Assembly (NCBI GenBank): GCA_951406725.2
Contig: OX597830.1
Span: 10,850,001 to 10,914,000 of the forward strand
Origin: Octopus vulgaris
Taxonomy: Eukaryota
Direction of reading: 5' to 3'
DNA length: 64,000 nt
The notes beneath the pieces were generated by a model, which was not told the DNA's origin, did no database searches, and saw nothing but the letters and a program-made list of their open reading frames with translations. Below are positions 26,882 to 39,870 of this stretch, in pieces. Each line of letters starts with the position of its first letter. Positions within the stretch are counted from its first letter, which is position 1. A program made the position numbers and the translations under genes.

Positions 26882-28059
26882 TTAAGTACATACACACATA
26901 CACATATATGTATATGCACATACATTTTTATACATATATACACATACATTTATATATTTCCAGTACACATATACATTTATATATACACACACACATTCAT
27001 ACATACACACACATTCACACACATATAAACATACACGTGCATGTCAATATTGTGCTGATGGAAATGGTGGTAGATAGACGTGGCTCAGGTTGTAGTGATG
27101 GAATGGCAGAGGCATAATGTGGTGGAGGCAACAGTGATGGCGATGGTGGTGGGTAGATATGGTGGATGTAACAATCTGTGTTCATATTCAAAGCCCTCAT
27201 CATCCTCATAAAACATGTCAGAATGCGGAGAGGCATATCATTCAATTTTAGGTTCTGAGTTCAAATTCTCCTGAGGTATGCATTTTTTTTTTCATCCTTT
27301 CGGGGTCACTAAACTAGATACCAATCAAGCACTATGGTCAATGTACTCAACTAGCCCCCACCACCTCCACCACTACCACTTCAAAATCTTAGGCCTTGCA
27401 CCAATAGGAGAAAGGCATCTTATTGACCAGTGTGGACTGTTACAGAACCAGTTGTTCTGAAGCAGGGTTCTTTACCTTCTTGGAAACTCTTCTCTGATAA
27501 TCCACAACAGAAGAGATACTGTTCACTCAGTACTGACCAGTCCACTTTCACTATTCACATTGGTCATCACTAAGGTCTCAACACAGTCAAGGTGAACATC
27601 TTCATTAAATTTCATGATAACACCTGCTGAAGAGAACCTCGTTAACTCGTGAAATGTATATATTTCACAAAGTTTTTCCAAGACAATATGGCTTGCTCTG
27701 TAGTTTTGTGATTTGAATGAGTGGTCAGTTGTCTGTTTGGTCTTCTCATAGAAAGTCCATTCAAAATAAATCAGGTGTAAATTGCTCTCAGTTATGAAGG
27801 TCTATATAATAGTGCGATTACCATATCTGGAGGTATATAAGACACAGTTTTCCCCCAAAAAATGTCCCAAAAATAATCCTCCTGAGTCTTAGATGCAAAA
27901 TTGGTCCAACAGGATGTTCGAACTCAACTTGTCAGCATAAATGAGTTACGAAAACGCAATACCTCATCGGAGAAAAAAAACGTATTTTAAAAACTCAAAA
28001 AATATCAGATTATGGCTGGGAGGTAACAGTTTACACAAAGTAGCCACCCTCAGATTCTG

Positions 28060-28640
28060 CCATGGCCTCAAGACAAGATATGGATCTTGGTGCATGTGTT
28101 CTTCATGCATGTATTCCTCCATGATCTTTGCAGCCAGCTTAGCCATGGTGTTGCAGGCAGAGCAGTTGGTATCTTTCTCAATCATGCCCCCATACACAGT
28201 AATCCATGTAATTAAGGGGCCAGAAACTGGGGCTGCTGACGTCATAGAAATTCTTTGACAACCACTTCTGACACTTTCTAGAGGAATGGCAAGGAGTCAA
28301 ATCCTGCTACCACACATATATGGCTTTCCAGCAGCGACCCTCTCCAGCTAGGGACTGACCTCAATCTCCAGCGGCTTCACATATCCATCTGAATTGGGCC
28401 TAAGACCCTGATCAAAAGTGTGGAGATCAATTCAGACATACAAACATAACCCGACCCCTGTTTTGTGTCTTTTACTGCTGGTCACAGCTTTGTAGTCTCC
28501 GTTGCAGCTGCACATGTCAGAGCATTGAACTGCAGTCATGATGTCAGCAGTTTGATACCTGGTCTGAATCATCAAGATACAAGTAATTCATTTTTAATAT
28601 TAACATGGCCTCCAGTCCTCCAGGACAGCTAACTTTTTTT
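28060..28640 (-). mobile_element. maT-like transposase relic
   Basis: Frameshifted QGLRPNSDGY..., LERVAAGKPY, NYMDYCVWG and IEKDTN...CNTMAKLAAKIM, parallel to 54060-54360. Confidence 0.65.
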
Positions 28641-28654
28641 CGAATTACAACTCT

Positions 28655-29085
28655 TTTTACTCTTTTACCTGTTTCAGTCATTTGACTGCGGCCATGCTGG
28701 AGCAGTGCCTTTTAGTCGAGCAAATCGACCCCATGACTTATTCTTTGTAAGCCTAGTACTTATTCTATCGGTCTCTTTTGCCGAACCGCTAAGTTACGGG
28801 GACGTAAATACACCAGCATCGATTGTCAAGCGATGGGGGGGGGGGACAAACATATACACACAGATATACACACACATACATATATATATATATCTATATA
28901 TATATATATATACATATATACGATGGGCTTCTTTCAGTTTCCGTCTACCAAATCCATTCACAAGGCTTTGATCGGCCCAAGGCTATACTAGAAGGCACTT
29001 GTCCAAGGTGCCACGTAGGAGGATTGAACCCGGAACCATGTGGTTGGTAAGCAAGCTACTTACCACAATTGCCACTCCTATGCCT
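28655..29085 (-). mobile_element. SINE family A, full length
   Basis: Reverse complement of the family A sequence. Confidence 0.85.
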
Positions 29086-29560
29086 ACAACTTTAATCTTT
29101 ATGCTCTCCAACGCTGTTGACTGTTCACCAACACATGATGCTGTTCCTGATAAAAGCTGACATAAAAAGAAAATCGTCAAATTCAGCCCAAACACCTTTT
29201 ATTTCTGAATATCTCATCTCATCTTTTTCACCCAGTTATTCCTGCGAATGCAGAGTCCTCAAGCAAGCTTTCCATCAGGTTTTGTCAGAAGCAACTATCT
29301 CGAATCAATCTGGCTGGATCCCCAAGCAAGACCAATTTATGATTCTCCCAAAATATCCACTGACTTTGTGCTTCCAAAGACATGTGGAGTAAGAGATCCT
29401 ATTCTTGAAAAACCAGGAAGAATTAGCAACAAGAAGATGAACATCCAGCTGTAAAACAGTGCCACAATAATATATTCATCTAACCCATGCTAGCCTGGAA
29501 AAACAGACATAACGCAAATACACACACACACACACGCATATATCATCATCATCATTTAAC

Positions 29561-29834
29561 CCCGTCAGCTGTGGGGTCATTCCGAAAAGCTCTATCTGCG
29601 ACGATTTCATCTCAATTGAAGGAGAGGGGCTTTCTCTGTCCGGGTTGCGGATCCGTGGAATAAGCTGCCGGACGAGATGGTGAAGATGCCGACGACCGCT
29701 CGGTTCAAAGTCTCCCTTGACCACAAGTGGCCTGAACTCTTTACATGAACACCACCCTGTACATAACTCCATGTCCCCCTACATGGCCTTGCTTTTTTTG
29801 CTTTTTGAGCCAAAAAATTAACTAACTAACTAAC
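29561..29834 (+). mobile_element. CR1-clade LINE 3' end with (TAAC)n tail
   Basis: RQLWGHSEKLYLRRFHLN*RRGAFSVRVADPWNKLPDEMVKMPTTARFKVSLDHKW is the classic CR1 ORF2 C-terminus; short UTR and taactaactaac tail. Confidence 0.8.
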
Positions 29835-30477
29835 ATCTGCCTTGCATGCTAGCATAAGTGGGATAGTTTCACAAGAGCCAGCCAGGCAGAAGCCTGCATC
29901 AGACTTCTGTGACATTTTTGGCAGGGTTTTTACAGCTGGATGCCCTTCCAAACACCAACCATTCAGCAGGTGTTCAATATATATATTGCATTTACTAAAG
30001 ACAGGATTTGAATGTAAGCTACTTTGATGCTTGGGTTGAACTGTAATCAGATATGCATTTATAGTATGCCATGAGCTCATTTGATTAACCCATCAACTGC
30101 CAAATTTTTTCATTGATATTTTCTGGCTTTGATTGGGGGTCTTAGGAGTTAAAATAATATATAATATTTAAATTTTCTTCATATGTGAATTATTTCGGAA
30201 ATTATGATAAATTTTTCGAAAAGTCCCAAATGGGGATTGCTGAAAAAAATATGTTTATCCCTTTCTATTCAATTGCAATAATAACATTTTAGTTTTTAGA
30301 AACTATAGTATCAAATGGGAATGTATATGAAATATCAATGAATGATATAAATGGGAAATGCAAAAAATAAAACGTTTTCAAAACAGTCGATATTTTTTTG
30401 GTTCAAAAATTGCGATTTGTGACATAAAATGTCCTCTAGAATTAATCAGAGCTAATAATGACAAACTTTAACTCTCT

Positions 30478-30858
30478 CTCTTTACTCTTTTACCTGTTGC
30501 AGTCATTTTACTGCGGCCATGCTGGAGCACCACCTTTAGTCGAGCAAATCGACCCCGGGACTTATTCTTTGTAAGCCCAGTACTTATTCTATCAGTCTCT
30601 TTTGCCGAACCGCTAAGTGACGGGGACGTAAACACACCAGCATCGGCTGTCAAGCAATGCTAGGGGGACAAACACACACACACACATATATATATATACA
30701 TATATACGACAGGCTTCTTTTCAGTTTCCATCTACCAAATCCACTCACAAGGCATTGGTTGGCCCGGGCTGTAGCAGAAGACGCTTGCCCAAGATGCCAT
30801 GCAGTGGGACTGAACCCAGAACCATGTGGTTGGTTAGCAAGCTACTTACCACACAGCC
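30478..30858 (-). mobile_element. SINE family A
   Basis: Reverse complement of the family A sequence. Confidence 0.85.
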
Positions 30859-31196
30859 AAATGCAATGTACATGAGTAATTTACTTTAAATACAGTGAAC
30901 AACCAGCAGTGAGACTGTTTTTAGTAGATCCCTGAATGGGGCTTATGACAGGCAATGGGTTAAGGTACTATTCAAACATGAAACTTACAGTAGCTCACAT
31001 TTAAATCTTGTATTTATTAAAGGAGATTTATCTCTCACTGGATGGAGTACAAAGAACACTCTATAGAGTTGATGGTGTTAAGAAGGGCATCCTAGTTAGG
31101 AAGGACATCAGCCACAGAAACCATGCCAAGGCCTCCTCTCAAACCAACCAACCCACCCATGCCAGCATGGAAGAAGGGCATCAAAAGATAATGATG

Positions 31197-31236
<40 letters not shown>

Positions 31237-31481
31237 CATACACACACACACATACACATGCATACAGCTGTGGAGCTAAGGTCTTGAACAAGCATAAATT
31301 TGATGTTAAGATTCATTGATGTTTGTTTAAACAAATGTAATTTTGAAACTTGTCAACTGTCTTCGACTGCCAAGAGGTTATCTCTTCAAATTGCAGCATC
31401 TTGAACAACATCTGATGTAGGAAAGTTTACAACAGTAAAACTACTTTTGTTGACAGTGTATTTATCTTCTTGCTGACATAT

Positions 31482-31641
31482 AGGCGCAGGATTGGCTGTG
31501 TGGTAAGTAGCTTGCTTACCAACCACATGGTTCCGGGTTCAGTCCCACTGCATGGCACCTTGGGCAAGTGTCTTCTACTATAGCCTCGGGTCGACCAAAG
31601 CCTTGTGAGTGGATTTGGTAGACGGAAACTGAAAGAAGTAT

Positions 31642-31678
<37 letters not shown>

Positions 31679-31880
31679 ATTGTGTGTCTGTGTTTGTCCG
31701 CCCACCATCGCTTGACAACCGATGCTGGTGTGTTTACGTCTCCGTAACTTAGCAGTTCGGCAAAAGAGAACAATAGAATAAGTACTAGGCTTACAATAAT
31801 AAGTCCTGGGGTCAAGTTGCTCGACTAAAGGCGGTGCTCCAGCATGGCCACAGTCAAATCACTGAAACAAGTAAAGGAAT
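31482..31880 (+). mobile_element. SINE family A, full length
   Basis: Runs from ggcgcaggattggctgtgtgg to gaaacaagtaaagg. Confidence 0.85.
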
Positions 31881-31899
31881 AAAAAAAAAGAATATATGC

Positions 31900-31945
<46 letters not shown>

Positions 31946-32090
31946 AAGTAGATAAATGAATTATCTTATTACGGATAATTCAAATGATAACCGATACTTG
32001 GGTAGCAAAAATCACAACAGAAAGAGCACGGTTGAAGTTATGACCATGGGGCATAAAATCCGTGCCTTAGAGCGGAAATTTGAAGTTTTA

Positions 32091-32232
32091 TATATTAAGT
32101 ATAGTAAAGAATGGAGCTGAACGAAGATTTAACCAAATTCCTTTATTTTATTTTCTACATATGTTTCGAAAATAAAATAAAGGAATTTGGTTAAATCTTC
32201 GTTCAGCTCCATTCTTTACTATACTTAATATA
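32091..32232. repeat. Perfect 65-bp-arm palindrome with 12-nt spacer
   Basis: 32091-32155 is the exact reverse complement of 32168-32232. Confidence 0.9.
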
Positions 32233-32247
32233 TATATATATATATAT

Positions 32248-32465
32248 TCAAAATGTAACCACATATGGATCATTGGCGATTTTTTTCCTTCCATCTTCCT
32301 TTCCTCTTGGACTTTCTTCCATCTCCTATCTCTAACGAAGAGCTTTGCTCGAAATGTGAAACCATCTTTCTTTCCTTCCCTGGGCGTCTGCTAATACTTT
32401 GCATGTATCACGTCCTTGCATTGTTGTATTTTTCTTGTGATTGTTCTTCATTTTGGGAAGATTTA
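32248..32465 (+). mobile_element. Penelope-like/retrozyme-type short repeat with degenerate minimal HHR, copy 3
   Basis: Same family; CUaACGA-agagc-uuu-gcuc-GAAA at 32332-32354. Confidence 0.55.
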
Positions 32466-32484
32466 TGTATATATATATGTAATC

Positions 32485-33050
32485 ATCATCGTCATCATTT
32501 AACGTTTGTTTTCCATGCTGGCATGGGTTGGACAGGTCAACAGTATCTGGTAAGTCTGGGCTGCCCACACAAAACTCCTATGTCTATTATGGCATGGTTT
32601 ATAAGGCTGGATGCCCTTCCTAATGCCAACTACTTTACAGAGTGTACAGGGTGCTTTTTTACATAGCACTAGCACCAGTGCTTTTTATGTGGCACCAGCA
32701 CTAGTGCATTTTACGTAGCACCAGCACCAGTGCCTTTTTTATGTGGCACCAACCCCAGTGCTCTTTATGTGGCACCAGCACCAGTGCTCTTTATGTGGCA
32801 CCAGCACCAGTGCTCTTTATGTGGCACCAGCACCAGTGCTCTTTATGTGGCACCAGCACCAGTGCTTTTTGTGTGGCACCAGCACCAGTGCTTTTCACAT
32901 TGCACCAGCACTGCAGGGTGACCAAGTACCTTGCAAGACAAAAACCCCTCCCCTGGAAGGTGGGGCTATAGTATTGAGTAGTGGGGTATAGAGGGAACAG
33001 ATGCAGGTTTCTTACTGTAGAGGAGATACATGAATACCCCAGGTGGGAAA
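32485..33050 (-). mobile_element. RTE-related 3' UTR with expanded 26-bp minisatellite
   Basis: Family tail at 32485-32660, then about 9 copies of gcaccagcaccagtgctctttatgtg at 32666-32912. Confidence 0.7.
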
Positions 33051-33906
33051 CAACACACACAGGTATTACATAATTCTTCATGATGAAGTAATGTGCAAGT
33101 GTGTCTCCTGCCTGATGTACACCAAATTCATAATTGCTATCAGAAGATGTACAAACACAGGCAGTGTTATTAGTGTACAAGATATCAATTCCGTTAATTT
33201 ACTTCACACTTCACAGAAATACCCTGAAATAAGCTCTGTTTACACAATCAAAATGCTTCAGAAATGCTTACGATCTTAACCACAAAATTGTATTTACCTG
33301 AGTAGCAGGTGTTAATCTATATTCTTAACGACAGCATTTGTTCAGGAGTGTTTCTAATTGTCCTGAAGCTAGAGGGAAACTCACAATCAGTTCTTTTATT
33401 CTTCTTTTTACAATCTCTCGAGAAGCACTCAATAAGGAGTTTTGCACTGACACGCATGAATGACAACCAACGTTGATTCTGTAGAAGACTGTTTTTGCTT
33501 TGTTTGGATTGTAACTGATGTAGACTTTCTCTAATCTTCTGACAGGTGATCTCTAATGATTATGGAATCGGTAATTGGCAAAAGAAGTTTAACACAGACA
33601 CAGGAACAAATTCCTACAACATTAGATATTGTCTCACCCATTAACTTTTCTACAAAGATTTGTACAAACATTAATCTCCTTAATTCGTTTGTTGTATTTC
33701 TACATTGCATTTGTTTCAATTAATTATGAAAATAAGGAAAAAAGAGTCAAATAACTATCATTATTAACCAGGTGTTTGGACCATAAATTAACATGAAATT
33801 ATGGTTGTATATTTTTAATTTAGATCACTTCAACCCTTTTGGTGCCATTTTTATGTTAAAATAAAGTCTTTATTAAATTAATTTTGAAAATAACGAAGAA
33901 TTCAAT

Positions 33907-34047
33907 ACATTATTTACATTTGATGGATATTTGTCTTGATCTTGTTTGTTGTTAACACAAACTTTGGGCTGATATACCCTCCTGCCTTCTTCAGGTGTCT
34001 TGGGGAAATTTTGAACCTGGGTTCTCATTCCTAAGGTATTTTCGATA

Positions 34048-34084
<37 letters not shown>

Positions 34085-34493
34085 CATTATTATTATTATT
34101 CAGGTCACTGCCTGGAATCGAACTCGGAATCTTGGGGTTAGTAGCTGGCGCTCTTGTCCACCATGTTATATGCCTGCAGGCGTAGTGGTTAAGAGTGCGG
34201 GCTACTAACCCCAAGATTCTGAGTTCGATTCCAGGCAGTGACCTGAATAATAATAATAATAATAATAATGATAATAATAATAATGATAATAATAATGATA
34301 ATGATAAAAATATCGAAAAATACATTAGGAATGAGAACCCAAGTTCGAAATTTCCCCAAGACACCTGAAGAAGGCTGGAAGGTATATCAGCCAAAACTTT
34401 GTGTTAACAACAAACAAGATGAGGACAGATATCCGTCAAATGTAAATAATGTAAATAATGTACAGAATTCCTCATCTCTTAAATATAGAACTG
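33907..34493. mobile_element. Head-to-head inverted dimer of a tRNA-headed, HHR-tailed element
   Basis: Arms at about 33907-34163 (-) and 34180-34453 (+); A/B boxes, (AAT)n, acac-CUGAAGA-a-ggcug...cagcc-(a)AAA; flanking gaagaattYaat duplication. Confidence 0.7.
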
Positions 34494-35111
34494 GAAGAAT
34501 TTAATGAAATGACTGTCATTATTAAGCTGGTGTTTGAAACATAAGCTAACAAGAAATTTTGATGGAAGGTTTTGATTTCGATCACTTTAACCCACTTGTT
34601 ACCATATTTCTGTTAAAATACAGACTTTATTTAAATTAGTTTTGAAAATAACAAAGAATTTAGTAAAATAAAATTATTATTAAGCTGGTGTTTGAAACAT
34701 AAGCTAACGAGAAATTTTGATATAAGTTTTAATTACTGCCTTTGTTCCATTTAATTTTGAAAATAATAAAGCTTTTACTTAAGTAACTCTCATTGTTAAA
34801 CTGATGTTTGGAGAATGAATTAACAGGAAATTTTGACGGAATGTTTTAATTTAAACTACTGTAACGCTTTTATTATAATATTTCTGTTGAAAAGCACTGC
34901 TTTTCTTTAGATTCATATTGAAAATTATAAAGAAAGCTAGTGACATAACTTTGTCAACCAGACACGAGGTATGTCCAGGCAGTTAGTTATCATAAGGGAG
35001 ATAATCACTTTAAGATCAATCATGGTGCAATTAGAAGTTTGAATTTGAAATTGAAAAACAACAAAGAAGATGCATAGAATATAGATGTCTAGAATAATGA
35101 AGACGGTGTAG

Positions 35112-35510
35112 AGGTGCAGGAGTGGCTGTGTGGTAAGTAGCTTGTCTGCCAACCACATGGTTCCGGGTTCAGTCCCAGTGCGTGGCACCTTGGGCAAGTG
35201 TCTTCTACTATAGCCTCGGGCCGACCAAAGCCTTGTGAGTGGATTTGGTAGACGGAAACTGAAAGAAGCCCGTCGTATATATGCATATATATATATATGT
35301 GTGTGTGTTTGTGTGTCTGTGTTTGTCTCTCTAGCATTGCTTGACAAACAATGCTGTGTGTTTATGTCTCCGTTACTTAGCGGTTCAGCAAAAGAGACCG
35401 ATAGAATAAGTACTGGGCTTACAAAAGAATAAGTCCCAGGGTCAAGTTGTTCGATTAAAGGCGGTGCTCCAGCATGGCCACAGTCAGATGACTGAAACAA
35501 GTAAAAGAGA
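35112..35510 (+). mobile_element. SINE family A, full length
   Basis: Matches the other family A copies end to end. Confidence 0.85.
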
Positions 35511-36684
35511 TGTATGTCAGTAATTATACTCAGGGTAGACAGTTGGTGACCTATATGTAGTAAAACACACAAAAAAATAAATGAAACACAGGCACGCGAC
35601 TGAGTTGAAGGCAGATTCACTTCTGCCTTTATAGCATTTTATAGAAAATGGTGTTGTAGGAGTGTACGCAGCATGTGTACTACAGAAGTTCTGTGTGTAG
35701 TTTAAATACTGGGATTGAAAAGCAGGAATGAATTATGCCCACCTAATCTACAATAAATAAATAAAGTATTTTGCATTTAATGCATAGCAATGAGACTAAC
35801 CTTCATAATTTTATTGAATTAGGAGCATATTTTGCTATTTGTGAGCAGACATTTGTAAACAGCTTTATTCTGCACTGACAACCTATCTTTATTACGACTG
35901 GTCCATTTATTTTTAGTTTAACATGGAGTTTGCCATTTCTCACTGTGTCAGGAATTAAGCCAAGTGAAATTCTTGGCCCAAAACACAAACAAGAAAATTT
36001 GTGCAATATTTAGAAAAAGCTAATGAAAATATGATAATGCAAACCTCACTTTTTTCCCCAGAAATGTTTGCTTGCAGTGAGCTGCTTGGTAAAAAAAAAA
36101 AATTAGATAAAATATTTTTTAAAAAATATCTAAAATAGTTGCTCTGTGAGCAGATATCTGTAAAAAGCTTAATTCTGCACTGAGGACCAATCTTTATTCT
36201 GATTGGCTAATCAATTTTTAGTTTGGCCAAAAGTTTAGCAATGCATTTGCCAATTCCTGCCATACTGGGAATTTGGTTGAATGTCAAACCTAAAAGTTCC
36301 AGTAAACCAGGAATACAAGCCAAATGCGTTAATAAATTTCAAAGTAACACTGAATCTTCGGTATAGAATCCTCGATGGAATCTGTCAAAACAAATTAGAT
36401 TTTGGTTTGTTTCTCTACCAGTGATCTTGTTAATACCTTTCCAAATAACTTATGTTCTTCCAGTTTTCTGATACCATTTCATTTCTCTCCAGCTAATTCT
36501 TCAGCAATCTCTTCCTGCCATTATATATAATTTGTAGGGATTGGTGTTGGCAATACCACCAGAATTTGAATTTTTGACAGAAATATCACCAAAACCAAAA
36601 GCAGAACCAAATAAGAGGCAAATTATTTTGCCAATCCTTGGAGGAACCTCAGAAATACAAAAAGAAAAAAAAAGCAGAAACACA

Positions 36685-37260
36685 GCGCTGTGTGGCAAGA
36701 AGTTTGCTTCCCAACCACATGGTTCTGGGTTCAGTCCTTGTGTGGCACCTTCTACCATAGCCTCAGGCTGACCAAAGCCTTGCGAGTGGATTTGGTAGAT
36801 GGAAACCGAAAGAAGCCTGTTGTGTGTGTGTGTTTCCTACTACCATTTGACAAACGGTGTTGGTGTATTTGGATCACCATAACTTAACAGTTCAGCAAAA
36901 GAGTCTGATAAAGTAAGTACCAGGCTTAAAAAAGAATAAGTACTAAGATCAATCCATTCAATTAAAACTTCTTTGAAGCAGTGCCCCAGCATGGCCACAG
37001 TTAAATGACTGAAACAAGTGGAAAATAGAAGATAAAAGACATGCATAGGTAAAGCCATTTGGTAAGAAGCTTACTTCCCAACCACATGGTTCCAGGTTCA
37101 GTCCCACTGCATGGCACCTTGGGCCAGTGTCTTCTACTATAGCCTTGGGCTGACCAAAGCCTTGTAAGTGGATTTGGTAGACGGAAACTGAAAGAAGCCT
37201 ATCAGGTGGTGCTATTAAGTTAGACATGGCCTGGGCCAATAATGGCCGAAACCTATCAAA

Positions 37261-37302
<42 letters not shown>

Positions 37303-37495
37303 TTGTGTGTGTGTGTGTATGCTTGTCCCCCCACCATTGCTTGACAACTGATGTTGGTGTGTTTCCATCCCTGTCACTAAGCGATTCAATAGAATAAGTA
37401 CAAGCTGGACAAAGAATAAGTCCTGAGGTCAATTTGTTCGACTAAAGGTGGGGATCCAGAATGGCCAAAGTCAAATGAAAGAAAAAGTAAAAGAA
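36685..37495 (+). mobile_element. Two tandem, more diverged SINE family A copies
   Basis: Copies at about 36685-37025 and 37055-37495. Confidence 0.75.
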
Positions 37496-39194
37496 GAAAA
37501 GAAAAGGAAAAATATATATATATATATACAACTCATTTTTACTAGCCGAGTGGACTGGAGCAACATGAAATAAAGTGTCTTGCTCAAGGACTCAATAACA
37601 CAAGGTGCCACCAAGTATCACAGTTGTGACCTTGTGATCACGGGCCATATACCCTAACCGCTAAACTACATGCCTTTATACTCAATATAATACTAAAACA
37701 AGCACTGCAGGATTTTGAAAAATTAACAATAAAATCATTAAAAAAAAAATATAAAACAAGTGTATCATATTTATAATTATGGATTAAAACAAATATTTGC
37801 AAAAATCAACATTTTACTCAATGGCAGAAAGAAATTCATAAATATTTAGAAAAGACTCCACCCAATTAAAAAAATTAAACTTAAAATTAATTACCATTAT
37901 ATGACGCACAAATAGAATTCCCTCGACTCCCCCGCATAGAAGGAAAATACCACCAACGCACTCCACCCCGCTGCCCGCCAGCATACAGTTATGGAAATGT
38001 AAATATACTCAAAGAAAACAGCTATTTCCTATCCATTATTTCTTGATACGTCTACACACGAGACTGCTAAGCAATCAGACAACTTCCTCAAAGAGTATAA
38101 GCCAGAGAAACCGAAAGAACCGAACATGTAATCATTTGGAGAGTTCTAAGAGATCTTAGAAGAAGAAACTAACCAAATTGATCAGAGTTCCACCTCAGAC
38201 ATATCGAGTCAATTTACCGATATCCATCTCAGGGACAGAAACTGTATTAAAGTACAGTGTTTTTCATCATATAATGAGTAATTTTCAAAGTATACTTTGG
38301 CCACCATGGGTAATATCAGGACATATGGCATAGATTCAATAATTTCAATTTAATATAAATTTATATAAATATATATGTATGTATACTAGAGTGCTAACGG
38401 TCAGTGGTAAGAAACTCTCAAGAGAGGTTTTCAGAGAAGAAACCCCACTCAGCCAAGTGTTTCAACCCTCAACTTCTTACATTGAAAAGGGGCCAGCTTT
38501 GGCACATTCTGTGTCATGCCGAATCTCCCTGGGAATTACATAAAGTGTACGTGTGTCTGAGGTGTATTCAGCCACTTGCACATTAATTTCATGAGCAGGC
38601 TTGTAATGTTGATCGGATCCGTATCTGACAGAATGTTAGTTTCTCGTTAGAGTCACAACAGCCAACACCTTTGTCCATTTCTTTGAAGATAAACCTGAGG
38701 AATCTAAACAGAATTCCAGATAGAATTAGCCTGAGTTTGGAGCTAGCAAGGAAATATTTTATCATCATTATCATCATCATCACCATCATCATCATAATTC
38801 AACATCAATTTCCCATGCTGACATGGGTTGGACAATACACAGTTACATTCAAATGTTTTAAAGAGCCATAAGGACCCTCACGGGCTTCTTCAAATATTTG
38901 TCATATTCAGAAATGTTCCCAGGATTTCAAACTGATCATTTTATTAAAACCAGATTATCTTCATTCCACTGTTATTACCAGTTTGAATATACTAAAATCA
39001 CATTTGGACTTGTAAACAAGCCATTCACTGTGTTTTGTTATGGAAAAGATTTCTCACTGTGGACAAACAGTGCAAATACATCTAAAACAGCTCGCAACGC
39101 CACCTATCCAAACTGTGATATGCAAGCATTTCAAAGTGCTTATCTGCCCTTCAGTCACAGAAACCAGATGGTAGTACTACGAGTTGATAAGAGA

Positions 39195-39425
39195 GACAAG
39201 CTGGCAAAAACGTTAGCACGCTGGGCGAAATGCTTAGCGGTGTTTCATCTGCCATTATGTTCTGAGTTCAAAATTCCACCGAGGTCGACTTTGCATTTCA
39301 TCCTTTCCGGGTCGATAAATTAAGTACCAGTTACGCACTGGTGTCGATGTAATCGACTTAATCCCTTTGTCTGTCCTTGTTTGTCCCCTCTATGTTTAAC
39401 CCCTTGTGAGCAATAAAGAAATAAG
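39195..39425 (+). mobile_element. SINE family B (tail variant 1)
   Basis: Same head, core and tail as 11773-11976. Confidence 0.8.
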
Positions 39426-39870
39426 AGAGAAATAATCTCATTTATGTTTTACCAGTCAAGCACATTCGAACTTGTAAACAAGCCCCATTCACTGTGTTTT
39501 GTCATGGAGAAAATTTCTTGCTGCAGACCTAAGGTCTAAATACACAAAAATCAGCTCACAGCGCCACCTATTCAGACAGTAAGATTGCAAGCATTTCAGG
39601 GTGATTATCTCCTCTTCAGTCACAGAAACTGAGCTACAGCAAGAAATTTTCTCTGTGACAAAACTCAGTGAATGCTATTATCATCTTCAAACTGGTCATA
39701 ACATTACATTTAAGCATATCACTGCCAAGCACCCTCGCCCTGGATCTTCATTCTATTCTCCAAATCATGGACATTCTTATTAGTTATTCTGCTACACATA
39801 TTTCCACAAGTTTGTTACACTTCAACCTCTGTCTGTCTGTCAGTGTGTGTGTGTGATCATCACCACCGTG

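Noticed and set aside
32666-32912. CRISPR-like array
   Set aside because: 26-bp units are directly adjacent with no unique spacers, derive from the RTE 3' UTR motif, lack cas genes and lie in eukaryotic DNA.
34175-34245. tRNA gene (also SINE A, B and E heads)
   Set aside because: A/B boxes are present, but the acceptor and anticodon stems do not pair properly and the sequence runs into repeat bodies.
37199-37262. ggcca-ataa-tggcc-GAAAC insert within a SINE A copy
   Set aside because: It resembles HHR stem II plus GAAA, but there is no CUGANGA; too short to call.
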